Of a DNA stretch of 64,000 bases, positions 54,402 to 64,000 are shown in pieces. The stretch spans positions 12,303-76,302 of the forward strand of contig JBEKFI010000006.1 in the NCBI GenBank assembly GCA_050013395.1. Reading direction: 5' to 3'. Positions within the stretch are counted from its first letter, which is position 1; every line of letters begins with the position of its first letter. The translations under genes and the position numbers were made by a program. The notes beneath the pieces were generated by a model. It made no database searches. It had not been told where the DNA came from and was given only the letters and a program-made list of their open reading frames with translations. Origin of the DNA: Verrucomicrobiia bacterium (GTDB taxonomy: Bacteria > Verrucomicrobiota > Verrucomicrobiia > Palsa-1439).

Positions 54402-57251
54402 GTGCGTACGACTAACAATATTCCCGCCGAAACGCCACGCAAAAGCTCGCTCAGTCGTTTCGCCGAGGCGCTTGCCAAATCTTGCCGTGCCCATCTGCTC
54501 CGCGAAAAATGGTTGTTGGCCCCTTCGTATCGCGTCGGGCAACAATGGTTGGATGTCGTCGCGCGCAACGGCCAACCTGTCGTCAATGGCCGCCTCAAAA
54601 CCCTTCGGTCCCTCGCAGTCGAACTCGCCGGGCCGTTACTGGCGCGCGATGGCCTGCAACCGCTCTCGCCGCTCGGTCGACTCGTTGTGGTGCGACAGCT
54701 TCTCGAACAACACCGCGAACACCATTCGGTCGAGAGCTACCTCGGATCGCTGCCAGCCAGCCTTGCTTTTGTCCAACAAATGGCCGCCACGCTGCGCGAC
54801 CTGCGGTTGGCTGGCTTGGGGCCGGACGATCTTGAGCGCGGCCAATACGAAGCCACGCAGAAGGGGCGCGAACTCATCGGCTTGCTCCGCGCCTATCAGG
54901 ACGCCTTGCGGCAGCGCCGACTCGCGGACGAAGCCGACGTGTTACGCCGCGCCGCAGCGGGCGACTTCAACGTTGACGCTCTCGTGCTCGTGCCGGAAGA
55001 CCTTGAACTGGCAGCACTGGAACGTGCGCTGCTCGGCGCGATTCCTCGCCAACAGCGGATCGACTTGCCGGTTGACCCGCCATCGGATCGTCGCGTGGAC
55101 GAGGTGTTTCGCGCCGTCGGCGAAATCAACGAGGTGCGCGAGGTTTTGCGGCGTTGTCTCGCCAACGGCTGGTCGCTCGATCACGTTGAACTGCTTTCCA
55201 CGGATCCCGACCTTTACGGCAGTCTCGTGTACGAAGTGACCGCCGCGCTGCGCCGCGAAGACGCGGTCACGTTTGCAGACGGCATCCCTGTGCGCTACAC
55301 GCGACCGGCGCGCGCGCTGAATGCGTGGCTTGCGTGGCGCCGGGCCGAATTCCCGCAGTCGTCGCTGGTGGCGATGGTGCAGGACGGGTTACTCGCTCTA
55401 CCGGAGAATCTGTTGCCGGCGCGCTTGGCCGGTGTCCTGCGCAATGTGCCGATCGGTTTTGGACGCGAGCGTTATCTGTCCAAGCTGGACGAGTTCATGG
55501 GCGGTCTCATGCGCCGGCTCACCGACGCGGATGAGGAACGTCGCCCAAGCGTGGAGCGTCGTCTCGAAACCGCGCGGGCGCTGCGTCCCCTGGTCGAACG
55601 TTTGTTGCAGACCACGTGCGACTCCTTGCTGCCTTCCGCCGCCGCTTTCCTGCGCGACCATGCGCGCTGCGCAACAGAATTGGACAACAATGCCCGGCAG
55701 GTGCTTCTCGAACGAATCGAGGAAATGGCGGCGTTGCTGGAAGCGGACGGCACTGCCTCGGTGAACGAGGCGGAGTGGCTGGAGATGCTGCTGCGCGAAT
55801 CGCGCGTGCTCGGTCTTGGCCCGCGTCCCGGTTGCCTGCACGTAGCGAGCATCTGGTCGGGCGGCCATTCAGGAAGACCCCACACGTTCATCGTGGGCCT
55901 GGACAGCGGGCGTTTTCCTCCGGCGGGCGGGCAAGACCCCGTGTTGCTGGACGGAGAACGCCAGTCACTTTCCGAGCATCTCGCCACTTCCGGCCAGCGA
56001 CGCGAGCAGGTTGTGCAACAGTTCGCGCGATTGCTCGCGCGTTTGCGCGGAAGCGTCACACTGAGTTATTCCAGCCGCGACTTGGCTGACGACGCCGAAA
56101 CGTTCCCAAGCAGCGCCAGCCTCAAGCAACTCGCTGACGAAGAGGAGCTGCCGCCCGCCTGCGCGTTCGCGCCGACACGTGCCGAGGGCAGTCTGGATGA
56201 AACCGAGTGGTGGCTTTGGCGTTTGTGCGCCGCCGCGCCGGTCCGCGAGCCGATGACGCTGGTGGGCGAATGTTTCCCGCGGCTGGGCCGTGGACTGCGC
56301 GCCGCGCAGCAACGCGCCAGCGAGGTGTTCACCGCGTATGACGGGTTCGTGCCGGAGGCCGGGCCGGACCTCGACCCGGCACGCTCGCCCGACCGCCTGT
56401 TCTCGCCGCGTCGGCTGGAAACGCTCGGCGCGTGTCCGCTTCGGTACTTTTACCAATACGCCCTGGGCTTGGAGTTGCCGGACGAGTTGGAGCTTGATCC
56501 GCATCGCTGGCTGCAGCCGGCGGAGTTCGGCCAGTTGCTGCACGAGGTGTTTCACCGGTTCCTGCGCGATGGCGGGCGGTTGGCGGACATCTTGCAGGAG
56601 CGCATTGAGCATTACGGGGAAAAGTTCCCGCCGCCGAACGAGGGCGTATTCCGTCGTGATTGTCGGCGGCTCGAACGCGCCGGGCGCATCTTTCTGGCGG
56701 AGGAGGAAGAACTGCGGCAGACATGCCGGCCGATCGAGTTCGAGAAGGAAATCAGCGGCGTGCCGGTGCGCTTGCCGGACGGCGGAACGATCCACGTGCG
56801 CGGGCGGATCGACCGCGTGGACGAGATGGCCGGCAGGCTCGCGTTGTGGGACTACAAGACCGGCAACCCATCGCGCTTCGCCAAGACTTCGAAGGATCCG
56901 TTTGCGCAAGGCCGCATTCTGCAACACGCGCTCTACATCGCGCTGGCGGAGGCGCACTACGGTCGGCCGGTCGCGCAGTTCGGCTATTTCTTTCCGACAG
57001 AAAAAGGCAGCGGAGAGCGAATCTTTTTCACACCGGCGAAACTGGCTGATGCCCCAAACGTTCTCGTCCGGCTCAGGGAACTGATCGCCCGCGGCGCGTT
57101 CCCGGCGACAAACCAGATGGATGACTGCGCGTATTGCGATTACCGGCCGATCTGCCGCGACATCGAAACCATCACCGCTCAGAGCGCCGGTAAGCTGGCG
57201 TCACCGGCCAACAACGTCTTGCAACCGTTTCGGGAGTTGCGCCCGCAATGA
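54402..57251 (+). CDS. AddB-like PD-(D/E)xK nuclease-family subunit of a helicase-nuclease complex (no intact Walker A)
   Basis: C-terminal RecB-type nuclease with a Cys cluster (C..C..C; DYKTG). No GKT/S motif found. Lies upstream of the addA-like gene, as in addBA operons. Confidence 0.6.
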   Translation: MRTTNNIPAETPRKSSLSRFAEALAKSCRAHLLREKWLLAPSYRVGQQWLDVVARNGQPVVNGRLKTLRSLAVELAGPLLARDGLQPLSPLGRLVVVRQLLEQHREHHSVESYLGSLPASLAFVQQMAATLRDLRLAGLGPDDLERGQYEATQKGRELIGLLRAYQDALRQRRLADEADVLRRAAAGDFNVDALVLVPEDLELAALERALLGAIPRQQRIDLPVDPPSDRRVDEVFRAVGEINEVREVLRRCLANGWSLDHVELLSTDPDLYGSLVYEVTAALRREDAVTFADGIPVRYTRPARALNAWLAWRRAEFPQSSLVAMVQDGLLALPENLLPARLAGVLRNVPIGFGRERYLSKLDEFMGGLMRRLTDADEERRPSVERRLETARALRPLVERLLQTTCDSLLPSAAAFLRDHARCATELDNNARQVLLERIEEMAALLEADGTASVNEAEWLEMLLRESRVLGLGPRPGCLHVASIWSGGHSGRPHTFIVGLDSGRFPPAGGQDPVLLDGERQSLSEHLATSGQRREQVVQQFARLLARLRGSVTLSYSSRDLADDAETFPSSASLKQLADEEELPPACAFAPTRAEGSLDETEWWLWRLCAAAPVREPMTLVGECFPRLGRGLRAAQQRASEVFTAYDGFVPEAGPDLDPARSPDRLFSPRRLETLGACPLRYFYQYALGLELPDELELDPHRWLQPAEFGQLLHEVFHRFLRDGGRLADILQERIEHYGEKFPPPNEGVFRRDCRRLERAGRIFLAEEEELRQTCRPIEFEKEISGVPVRLPDGGTIHVRGRIDRVDEMAGRLALWDYKTGNPSRFAKTSKDPFAQGRILQHALYIALAEAHYGRPVAQFGYFFPTEKGSGERIFFTPAKLADAPNVLVRLRELIARGAFPATNQMDDCAYCDYRPICRDIETITAQSAGKLASPANNVLQPFRELRPQ

Positions 57252-60200
57252 ACCCTCCGGATCACCGGCAGCGTGAACTGATTGTGAAGCGGCTCGATGC
57301 GACCATGATCGTCGAAGCCGCCGCCGGCACCGGCAAAACGCGTTCGATGACCGACCGGATGGTGGCGCTGCTGGCCGGCGGCAAGTGCCGCATCGAAACA
57401 CTGGTCGCCGTCACCTTCACGCGCAAGGCCGCTGCCGAGTTACAGAACCGTTTTCAATTCGCTCTCGAAGACGCGGCGCGCCACGCGAGCGGCAAACCTG
57501 CCGAACGTCTGCGCCACGCCCGCAACCACGTCGAGCTTTGTTTCATCGGCACGGTGCACTCGTTCTGCGCACGGCTGTTGCGCGAGCGTCCCGTGGAAGC
57601 GGGCGTTGACCCGGCCTTCGAGGAACTCGACGAGGAGCGCGACGCGCGGCTGCGCCAGCAGGCGTGGGAGACGTTCGGCAACGAGTTGTTTGCAGCCGAT
57701 GATCCCGTGCTGGATGAGTGCGAGGAACTCGGGTTGACACTGGCGGAGTTGCGCGAGGCCTTCCTGCAATTCGCCGATTACCCGGACGTGGACGAGTGGC
57801 CCGCGCCTGCCGTGCCCGCGCCGGCGCTGAAGCCGGCCATGCAGGCGTTGTGCGAGTACACGGCGCACATGGCGCGTGTGCTGCCGACCTTGCCGGCAGA
57901 GGGAGGCACGGATGAGTTGATCGGACTGTTTCGGCGGGTGTTGCGCATGATGCGGTCGCGCGATCTCGAACGCCACGCCGATGTGGCAGAAGTGTTCGAG
58001 CAGTTCAAGCCTGAGCGGAAATGCACGCAGAAGAATTGGCCGGGCGGCAAAGAGCAGGCGTTGCGCGAACACGAGCGGTGGAATGGATTTGCCACGGAGG
58101 TGGCCGCGCCGTTTGTCGCTGCGTGGCGGGCGCACCGCTATCCGACCGTGTTGCGCGTGCTGGAGCGGGCGTGCGCGGTCTATGACCGGCAACGCCAGGT
58201 TGCGCACGGGTTGAACTTTCAGGATATGCTGATGCGCGCCGCCGCGTTGTTGCGCGACCGGCCGGAAATCCGCCGGTATTTCCGCCTGCGGTTCACGCAC
58301 GTGTTGGTGGACGAGTTTCAGGACACCGATCCGGTGCAGGCCGAGGTGCTGTTGCTGCTCACGGCCGACGACCCGCGCGAGCGCGATTGGCGCAAATGCC
58401 GGCCCGTGCCGGGCGCGTTGTTTGTCGTCGGCGACCCGAAACAATCCATCTACCGGTTTCGCCGTGCCGACATCGTGACCTACAATACCGTCAAAGAAAT
58501 CATCACCAGCACCGGCGGCTTGTGCGTCACGCTCACGGCCAACTTCCGCTCTGCCGCCCCGGTGGTGGACTGGGTGAACGCGGTATTTCAGTCGGGAGGG
58601 TTCTTCCCGGCCACAGCGAATGATTTCTCGCCGTCGTACGCGCCGTTTTTGGTGGGCCGCACGGAGGACGCCGCGGCGCCCGGTGTTTTCCGGATTGCCA
58701 TCCCTGGCAACCTGAGCAATCAGGACGAGATCGCGGCGTACGAAGCCGACTTGCTAGCGCGGCAAATCCGCCACGCGGTCGACGGCGATGCGCGCGCGCC
58801 CGGCGACTTCCTCATTGTGACGCGCCAGAAGAAACGGCTCAGCGTGTACGCCGCGGCGCTGCAACGGCTAGGCATTCCGCACGAAGTGACCGGCGGCAGT
58901 TCGCTTAATGAAGTACGCGAACTCAGTATGCTAAACACGGCGTTGCGCGCCGCGCTCGAACCCGACAACACGGTCGCTGTGGTGGCCGCCTTGCGCAGCG
59001 AGTTGTTCGGGTTCAGCGACCAACAGTTGTATGCGTTCCGGCGCGCGGGTGGGCGGTTCGATTTCCGTGGCACGACGCCGGAAACGCCTGCGGCTGAGTT
59101 GTTCGACGACGCGTTTGCCTGCCTGTCCCGGTACGCCGACTGGCTGGCCAATCTCGCGCCGATCATCGCCATCGAACGCATCACCGCGGATCTCGGTCTC
59201 GCGCCGCTCGCTGCCGCTGCGCCCGGCGGCGATGTGCAGGCCGGCAGCCTCGGCAAAGCCATCGAGTTGCTCCGGGCTGCGCAGGCGGATTTGCCCACTG
59301 CCGCGGATTTTGTGGCGCAATTGGGCCGGTTGATCGAGCAAGCCGAGCAATACGACGGCGTGCCCGCCACCGCGCCCATGCCGTCGGTTGTCCGGGTGAT
59401 GAACCTGCACAAGGTCAAAGGACTCCAGGCGCCCGTCGTGTTTCTGGCCGATCCATCGGGCGCGTCGGAGCACGCCGTCAGGCTGCAAGTGGATCGCCGT
59501 CAGGACCGCGTCACAGGCTACCTCGCGTTGCACGGCGAACGCAACATCTGGGGGCAGGCCTCGCTGTTGGCGCATCCGCCGGACTGGGAAACGCTGGCGT
59601 CGCGGGAACAGCAGTTTCAGGCCGCCGAGAATCACCGGCTGCTCTATGTCGCCGCCACGCGCGCGCGCGACCGACTCATCGTGACATTGCGCGGCAAGCG
59701 CGCCGATTCCAACCCGTGGCAGCCGTTGGCCGGGCAACTTGCCGACGCACCGGAGTTGCCGGACCCCGGCCCGCAACAACCGCCGGGCGTCGAGACGGAG
59801 ACCGTAACGCAGGCCGATGTCGCTGCTGCGCTCGATCAGATTCGCGCCCGCTGGCAAACCGTGCTGGCGCCTACTTACAGCGCCCGCGCCGCCAAGCAAA
59901 TCAGTTTTCCCAGCGCGCCGCTGGCCACGCGCGACGAAGCGAGCGGCGTGCGTTGGGGCGGTGTGATCCATGCGTTGTTGCAGGCGGCGATGAGCGCGCC
60001 GAAAACCGACTGGCAGGCGCTCGCCACGGCGTTGCTTCAAGCTGCGGACTTGGACGTCACGCTGATCGAAGAAGCCGTGGAAATCGTTCGGCATGTCATG
60101 GAGTCAACGCTCTGGCAGCGCGCCTCCAGCAGCCGGCAACGCTCCACTGAATTGCCGTTCGTCGTGCTTGACGCCGGCGACGGCGCGTTGGTGCGCGGCG

Positions 60201-60415
60201 TGATTGACCTCGCGTTTGAAGAATCGGATGGTTGGGTCATTGTGGATTACAAGACCGACCGCGCTACGGGACAGCAACTGGAGAAGCTCGCGGAGACCTA
60301 CCGTCCGCAAGTGACCGTCTATCGCACAGCATGGGCGCAAATCTTGCAGCAGCCTGTGAAAGAAGTTGGGCTGTATTTCACGCATGCGAACCGGTACGTG
60401 ACTGTGACACCATGA
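57248..60415 (+). CDS. AddA-like UvrD/Rep-family helicase with C-terminal RecB-type nuclease
   Basis: Walker A AAGTGKT, DEFQDTD, helicase motifs, C-terminal nuclease motif VIDLAFEE..VIVDYKTD. Start overlaps the addB-like stop. Confidence 0.8.
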   Translation: MNPPDHRQRELIVKRLDATMIVEAAAGTGKTRSMTDRMVALLAGGKCRIETLVAVTFTRKAAAELQNRFQFALEDAARHASGKPAERLRHARNHVELCFIGTVHSFCARLLRERPVEAGVDPAFEELDEERDARLRQQAWETFGNELFAADDPVLDECEELGLTLAELREAFLQFADYPDVDEWPAPAVPAPALKPAMQALCEYTAHMARVLPTLPAEGGTDELIGLFRRVLRMMRSRDLERHADVAEVFEQFKPERKCTQKNWPGGKEQALREHERWNGFATEVAAPFVAAWRAHRYPTVLRVLERACAVYDRQRQVAHGLNFQDMLMRAAALLRDRPEIRRYFRLRFTHVLVDEFQDTDPVQAEVLLLLTADDPRERDWRKCRPVPGALFVVGDPKQSIYRFRRADIVTYNTVKEIITSTGGLCVTLTANFRSAAPVVDWVNAVFQSGGFFPATANDFSPSYAPFLVGRTEDAAAPGVFRIAIPGNLSNQDEIAAYEADLLARQIRHAVDGDARAPGDFLIVTRQKKRLSVYAAALQRLGIPHEVTGGSSLNEVRELSMLNTALRAALEPDNTVAVVAALRSELFGFSDQQLYAFRRAGGRFDFRGTTPETPAAELFDDAFACLSRYADWLANLAPIIAIERITADLGLAPLAAAAPGGDVQAGSLGKAIELLRAAQADLPTAADFVAQLGRLIEQAEQYDGVPATAPMPSVVRVMNLHKVKGLQAPVVFLADPSGASEHAVRLQVDRRQDRVTGYLALHGERNIWGQASLLAHPPDWETLASREQQFQAAENHRLLYVAATRARDRLIVTLRGKRADSNPWQPLAGQLADAPELPDPGPQQPPGVETETVTQADVAAALDQIRARWQTVLAPTYSARAAKQISFPSAPLATRDEASGVRWGGVIHALLQAAMSAPKTDWQALATALLQAADLDVTLIEEAVEIVRHVMESTLWQRASSSRQRSTELPFVVLDAGDGALVRGVIDLAFEESDGWVIVDYKTDRATGQQLEKLAETYRPQVTVYRTAWAQILQQPVKEVGLYFTHANRYVTVTP

Positions 60416-61131
60416 TCAAAGTGGATTTGCACATGCACTCGGGAGAAGACCCGGAGGATGGACTGAAGTATCCGGCAACGGCGTTGATTGACAAGGCGGT
60501 CGAACTGGGCTTCAGTGCAATCGCCATCACGCTTCACGGCAAGGTGCTGGAGGACGAGCGCGTGTTCGAATACGCACAGCGGAACGGGCTGCTGCTCATC
60601 CGGGCGGTCGAGTGGAACATCCTGGGCCGCGACGTACTGTTGTACAACATCACGCAGCGCGAGGCGGAGAAGCTACAGACATTCAAAGACCTGCGTGCCC
60701 ACAAGCGTGAGCGCGGTGAAGATCTTCTGGTCGTCGCGCCGCACCCGTTTTACCCGAAGGGCCACAGCCTCGGACGCGAGTTTGAGCGTAACATCGACTT
60801 ATTCGACGCGGTCGAGTACGCGCAGATCCATTTCCCGTGGTTCGACGCGTTTAACCAGCGCGCGGTGCGCATCGCGCAGAAGCACGGCAAGCCGATCATC
60901 GCAAATTCGGACTCGCACAATGTCTGGATGTTTGGCCGGCACTACACCGTCGTCGATGCCGAGCCGACGATGCCTTCGATCTTTCGTGCCATTCGAGAGG
61001 GACGCATCGAACGGCACAGTCCCCACGTCTCGATCTGGGACTGCCTGCGCATGTTCGTGTTCGATCCGTTGCTAGAGCGTCAGCCCGGTCGCGTGATGGA
61101 GAGTTTTCCCAGCGCTCAGCCGGTGAAATAA
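60412..61131 (+). CDS. PHP (polymerase/histidinol-phosphatase) domain metal-dependent phosphoesterase
   Basis: N-terminal VDLHMHS, His/Asp-rich PHP motifs (HP..P; NSDSH). ATG overlaps the addA stop (ATGA). Confidence 0.6.
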   Translation: MIKVDLHMHSGEDPEDGLKYPATALIDKAVELGFSAIAITLHGKVLEDERVFEYAQRNGLLLIRAVEWNILGRDVLLYNITQREAEKLQTFKDLRAHKRERGEDLLVVAPHPFYPKGHSLGREFERNIDLFDAVEYAQIHFPWFDAFNQRAVRIAQKHGKPIIANSDSHNVWMFGRHYTVVDAEPTMPSIFRAIREGRIERHSPHVSIWDCLRMFVFDPLLERQPGRVMESFPSAQPVK

Positions 61132-61694
61132 ACCGCGATTCGCTTCGGGCCATGCGCGCCCATCACGACGATCTTCTCGATATCGGCGGTGCGGCTCGGC
61201 CCAGTGATGAGGCAAAGTGAACTCGGCCAGTGTCGATCGTAACGTTTTCGGATCAGCGCGAACGCTGCCGCGAGATCGGGCACGAGTTGATCGCGCCGCG
61301 CGATCACCAGATGCACCGGCGGCAGCACCGACAGCGCCCGTCCCCCCGCCGAGCGCGTGGTCACAAAGACTGAACCCGTCTGGGCGATTAGACAATCGCA
61401 GCCGGTGACGCCGATGTCCGCCTCGCGCACACTGGCATTTCCATCGCCCACCGCCAAACGGACCAACTCGCTGCCGTCGGTGGCGACTCGCTCGAATGGT
61501 TTCAAGAACTCAGGGAGTTTGTCCGCGCCGTCAATAAGTTCGCCGCGCAGTGCGACGAACTCTTCGCGGAACCGCGTCTCGATATCGCCTACGGGCAGCC
61601 AGATCGGCATCTCGGTCGGCACGGGCGGGCGTGGGGCCTCCGTGCGCAACGCGGCGCGGACGCGGGCAAGAATATTCTCGCGGGCGGGAGTCAA
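61116..61694 (-). CDS. lutC: Lactate utilization protein C (LUD domain, YkgG family)
   Basis: LUD-domain pattern (ADIGVTGCDCLIAQTGSV). Gene order lutA-lutB-lutC. Confidence 0.65.
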   Translation of the reverse strand: MTPARENILARVRAALRTEAPRPPVPTEMPIWLPVGDIETRFREEFVALRGELIDGADKLPEFLKPFERVATDGSELVRLAVGDGNASVREADIGVTGCDCLIAQTGSVFVTTRSAGGRALSVLPPVHLVIARRDQLVPDLAAAFALIRKRYDRHWPSSLCLITGPSRTADIEKIVVMGAHGPKRIAVYFTG

Positions 61695-63193
61695 TGCTCA
61701 CCCCGGTTTGCCCCCTCACCCTGATCCTCTCCCCCGGCGGACGGGGGAGAGGAGGGAACTTCCCTCTCCCTTGCCGTGTAAGGGAGAGGGTCAGGGTGAG
61801 GGTTAAGTTTTTCCCACCATTCCCGAAAATTTTGTGGCGGCGGTTCGGGCAATTCGCGGCCTTGCGTCCATGGTTTCGCCAGCGACGCGGCCCAACCGAG
61901 CCGCATGGCGAGGCGCGCGAGTTTGCCAGCCACGACGTACCGCTTTTCCGATTGCATCGCCCAAAGCCACACTTTGAACGCGAACCGTTGGAGCGGATTG
62001 TCGAACTTGTGCTGCACGGCGTTGCGACGGTTGTGCAGCAGGTGATGGTGCAGATCAATCCGCACCGGGCAAACGTCGGTGCACGCGCCACACAGCGAAC
62101 TGGCGTAGGGCAAATGCGACCAATCCGCCGCATCGCGCAAATGCGGTGTGATGACCGAGCCGATCGGCCCTTGATACGTCGTGCCGTAGGCGTGGCCGCC
62201 GATGTTCCTGTAAATCGGACATGCGTTGAGGCACGCGCCGCAGCGGATGCAGTACAGCGCATCGCGTTGCTCTGCGTCGGCCAGCAGGTGCGTGCGACCA
62301 TTGTCGAGAAGCACGACGTGAAATTCTTCCGGGCCGTCCATCTCGCCGTCGCGTCGCGGGCCGCCGATGAGAGTGTTATAAACCGTGACGGCCTGCCCGT
62401 TGCCGGCTATGGCGAGGACAGGCCACATCAAGGCGAGGTCTTCAAGTCGCGGGATAAGTTTCTCAATGCCGGCCACGGCGACGTGGATGCGCGGCAGCGA
62501 CACGCTCAGGCGACCATTGCCTTCGTTGGTACTGATGGTGATCATGCCGGTGTCGGCGATAAGGAAGTTGGCGCCGGTGACGCCCATGCCCGCCGTAAGG
62601 AATTCCTGGCGGAGCTGCGCGCGCGCGATGCCGGCCAGTTCCTCGGCGGTGGCGTCGGGCGCCGTGCCGAATTTCTCATGGAATGTCCGGGCGATGTCGG
62701 CTTTCGTCAGATGCATCACCGGCGTCACGATGTGGTAGGGCGGTTCGCGGCGGATCTGGCAGATGTACTCGCCGAGGTCGGTCTCCACGACCTGAATCTC
62801 CGCCGCTTCAAGCGCTTCGTTGAGATGGATTTCTTCGGTCGTCATCGACTTGGATTTGACGACCTTGCGGACGTTGCGAGTGCGTGCGATCTGCAGGATG
62901 TATGCGCGTGCTTCTTCAGCCGTTTCGGCCCAGAACACGCGGCCGCCATTTTCAATCACCTTGCGCTCGAACTGTTCGAGGTAACGGTCGAGATGGTTGA
63001 TCGTCTCCCATTTGATCTGCGCGGCGTGAGAGCGGGCGTTCTGCCAATCGGCGAACCGCGTCTTGCCCAGCGCGACGGCGGCATGGTAGGTGCCGATGGC
63101 CTTCTGAATGACGGCGCGGTGATGGAGATTGCCCGCCTTCTCCGCTGCGGCGCGCTTGAATCGGATGGCTGAAGAGGTCATGGCGCACACCAA
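61691..63193 (-). CDS. lutB: Lactate utilization protein B (4Fe-4S, DUF162/LUD)
   Basis: Two CxxCxxCxxxCP ferredoxin motifs (CIRCGACLNACP; CGACTDVCP). The last ~30 codons and the stop lie inside the palindromic element at 61711..61803. Confidence 0.8.
   Translation of the reverse strand: MVCAMTSSAIRFKRAAAEKAGNLHHRAVIQKAIGTYHAAVALGKTRFADWQNARSHAAQIKWETINHLDRYLEQFERKVIENGGRVFWAETAEEARAYILQIARTRNVRKVVKSKSMTTEEIHLNEALEAAEIQVVETDLGEYICQIRREPPYHIVTPVMHLTKADIARTFHEKFGTAPDATAEELAGIARAQLRQEFLTAGMGVTGANFLIADTGMITISTNEGNGRLSVSLPRIHVAVAGIEKLIPRLEDLALMWPVLAIAGNGQAVTVYNTLIGGPRRDGEMDGPEEFHVVLLDNGRTHLLADAEQRDALYCIRCGACLNACPIYRNIGGHAYGTTYQGPIGSVITPHLRDAADWSHLPYASSLCGACTDVCPVRIDLHHHLLHNRRNAVQHKFDNPLQRFAFKVWLWAMQSEKRYVVAGKLARLAMRLGWAASLAKPWTQGRELPEPPPQNFREWWEKLNPHPDPLPYTAREREVPSSPPSAGGEDQGEGANRGEH
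61711..61803. repeat. ~90-bp nested palindromic element (copy 3 of 4), overlapping the lutB 3' end
   Basis: CCCCCTCACCCTGATCCTCTCCCCCGGCGGACGGGGGAGAGGAGGG...CCCTCTCCCTTGCCGTGTAAGGGAGAGGGTCAGGGTGAGGG. Confidence 0.75.
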
Positions 63194-63196
63194 TTC

Positions 63197-63290
63197 ACCC
63201 CCTCACCTTGATCCTCTCCCCCGACGAGCGGGGGGCGAGGAGAATCCCATCGCCCTTGCTATGCAAGGGAGAGGGTCAGGGTGAGGGTTT
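63197..63290. repeat. ~90-bp nested palindromic element (copy 4 of 4) between lutA and lutB
   Basis: CCCCCTCACCTTGATCCTCTCCCCCGACGAGCGGGGGGCGAGGAG...CTTGCTATGCAAGGGAGAGGGTCAGGGTGAGGG. Confidence 0.75.
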
Positions 63291-63306
63291 TTGAAATCAA
63301 TCCTCT

Positions 63307-63999
63307 TCATCTCGCCGCCAGGACCTCCGCCAAATGAATGGTTTTAATGGGCATTCTTTGGCGACGGAGGTAACCGTCAATTTGCATCAGGCAACTCGAA
63401 TCGCCTGAGACAACGTACTCCGCGCCCGTTTGCTTGATGGACGTACATTTCATTTCGTCCATCGCGTAGGAAATCATCGGGAACTTCACTGAAAACGTGC
63501 CGCCGAAGCCGCAGCACGTCTCGGCTTCGCTCATTTCCACCAGTTCAAGTTCTTCGACGTTTCGGAGCAGTTCGCGTGGCTCGTCCTTCAGGCGCAGTTC
63601 GCGCAAGGCGTGACAGGCGTCGTGATACGTCACCTTGGCGGGAAATCTCGCGCCCACGTCGGTGACGCCGAGTTGGCGCACGAGGAACTCGGAAAACTCG
63701 AACGTGTTGGCCGTGACGCGCGTCGCTTTGCCGAGAAGTTCAGGATAAAAATTCCTGACCATTGCCGTGCACGAGCCTGACGGGCAGACGATCGCGTCCG
63801 CGTCGGCGAAAATCTCGCAATAACGCCTGGCCAGTTCCCGAGCCTCGTCCCAGTAACCGGTGTTGAACGCCGGCTGGCCACAGCAGGTTTGCTGGAGCGG
63901 GTAATCGACCTCGATATTCAGCCGCCGCAACACCTTGACCATTGCGATGCCAACGTTCGGAAAGAGTTGGTCAACAAAGCACGGAATGAACAGTGCCAC
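63307..63999 (-). CDS. lutA: Lactate utilization protein A (CCG-domain Fe-S oxidoreductase, GlcF/YkgE-like); 5' end at or beyond the window edge
   Basis: Two CCG-type Cys motifs (CCGQPAFNTG; CCGFGGTF). Likely GTG start at 63997..63999, or the gene is truncated by the window. Confidence 0.75.
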   Translation of the reverse strand: MALFIPCFVDQLFPNVGIAMVKVLRRLNIEVDYPLQQTCCGQPAFNTGYWDEARELARRYCEIFADADAIVCPSGSCTAMVRNFYPELLGKATRVTANTFEFSEFLVRQLGVTDVGARFPAKVTYHDACHALRELRLKDEPRELLRNVEELELVEMSEAETCCGFGGTFSVKFPMISYAMDEMKCTSIKQTGAEYVVSGDSSCLMQIDGYLRRQRMPIKTIHLAEVLAAR

Positions 64000-64000
64000 G

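Noticed and set aside
54396-54402. Only 5 bp between the divergent starts of the LptF/G gene and the addB-like gene, considered as evidence that one start is wrong
   Set aside because: Cannot be resolved from sequence alone. The addB-like start may lie further downstream, as noted in the feature, but there is no alternative strong start.

Overview
High-GC (about 60-65%) bacterial chromosomal segment. The PEP-CTERM proteins, a GT39/ArnT-like transferase and a giant FN3/RCC1 surface protein suggest a Verrucomicrobia/Planctomycetes/Acidobacteria-like soil bacterium; I cannot assign a taxon from sequence alone. Gene content in order along the window:
- sugar ABC ATPase, two tandem paralogous ~460-aa membrane-anchored proteins of unknown function, and an EF-G paralog;
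- three tandem PEP-CTERM paralogs;
- an exopolysaccharide-type cluster: a GH-A hydrolase / GT2 / TM fusion, a GT39-like GT-C, and two CgeB-like paralogs;
- rho and coaE;
- a small stress-type cluster (lmo0937-family and DUF3185-like small membrane proteins, a repetitive Ala/Thr-rich protein, a triple-BON OsmY-like protein) next to MlaD/MlaE;
- a lower-GC restriction-modification island: an N6-adenine methyltransferase convergent with a C-protein-like HTH plus a small PD-(D/E)xK nuclease, and a BsuBI/PstI-like REase C-terminal fragment;
- a tandemly duplicated NarL-type histidine kinase (first copy truncated) with a LuxR-type response regulator;
- a 1660-aa FN3/RCC1/TSP3-repeat surface protein;
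- hpt, a MoaD-MoaE fusion, an AhbAB/NirDL-like siroheme decarboxylase fusion with a divergent Rieske protein, queC, and a UbiD-family decarboxylase;
- dnaE carrying an apparent frame-breaking palindromic insertion;
- a class-I-beta DAHP synthase preceded by an aromatic-rich leader peptide (MNDKGQHSTADQAWFWFYF) and an intrinsic-terminator attenuator, and followed by a PaaX-like regulator insertion flanked by a duplicated copy of the DAHP synthase 3' end;
- LptF/G, an addB-addA-PHP operon, and lutABC.

The non-coding DNA is rich in structure:
- a ~90-bp nested palindromic element, 4 copies;
- a ~250-bp structured repeat ending in a CCCCGAA-AGCC-TTCGGGG hairpin, 2 copies plus solo hairpins;
- an RPE-like palindromic element with 23-bp inverted termini that sits inside ORFs;
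- GAGCGT-rich micro-repeats at gene 3' ends;
- several shorter dispersed motifs.

Several genes appear frameshifted or truncated (dnaE, a PIN gene, a four-helix-bundle gene, the HK duplicate, one PEP-CTERM paralog, a 2-hydroxyacid dehydrogenase remnant). These could be real decay or sequencing errors.

My top candidates for novelty are the aromatic-leader attenuator on DAHP synthase, the RPE-like elements embedded in coding sequence, and the R-M island remnant.
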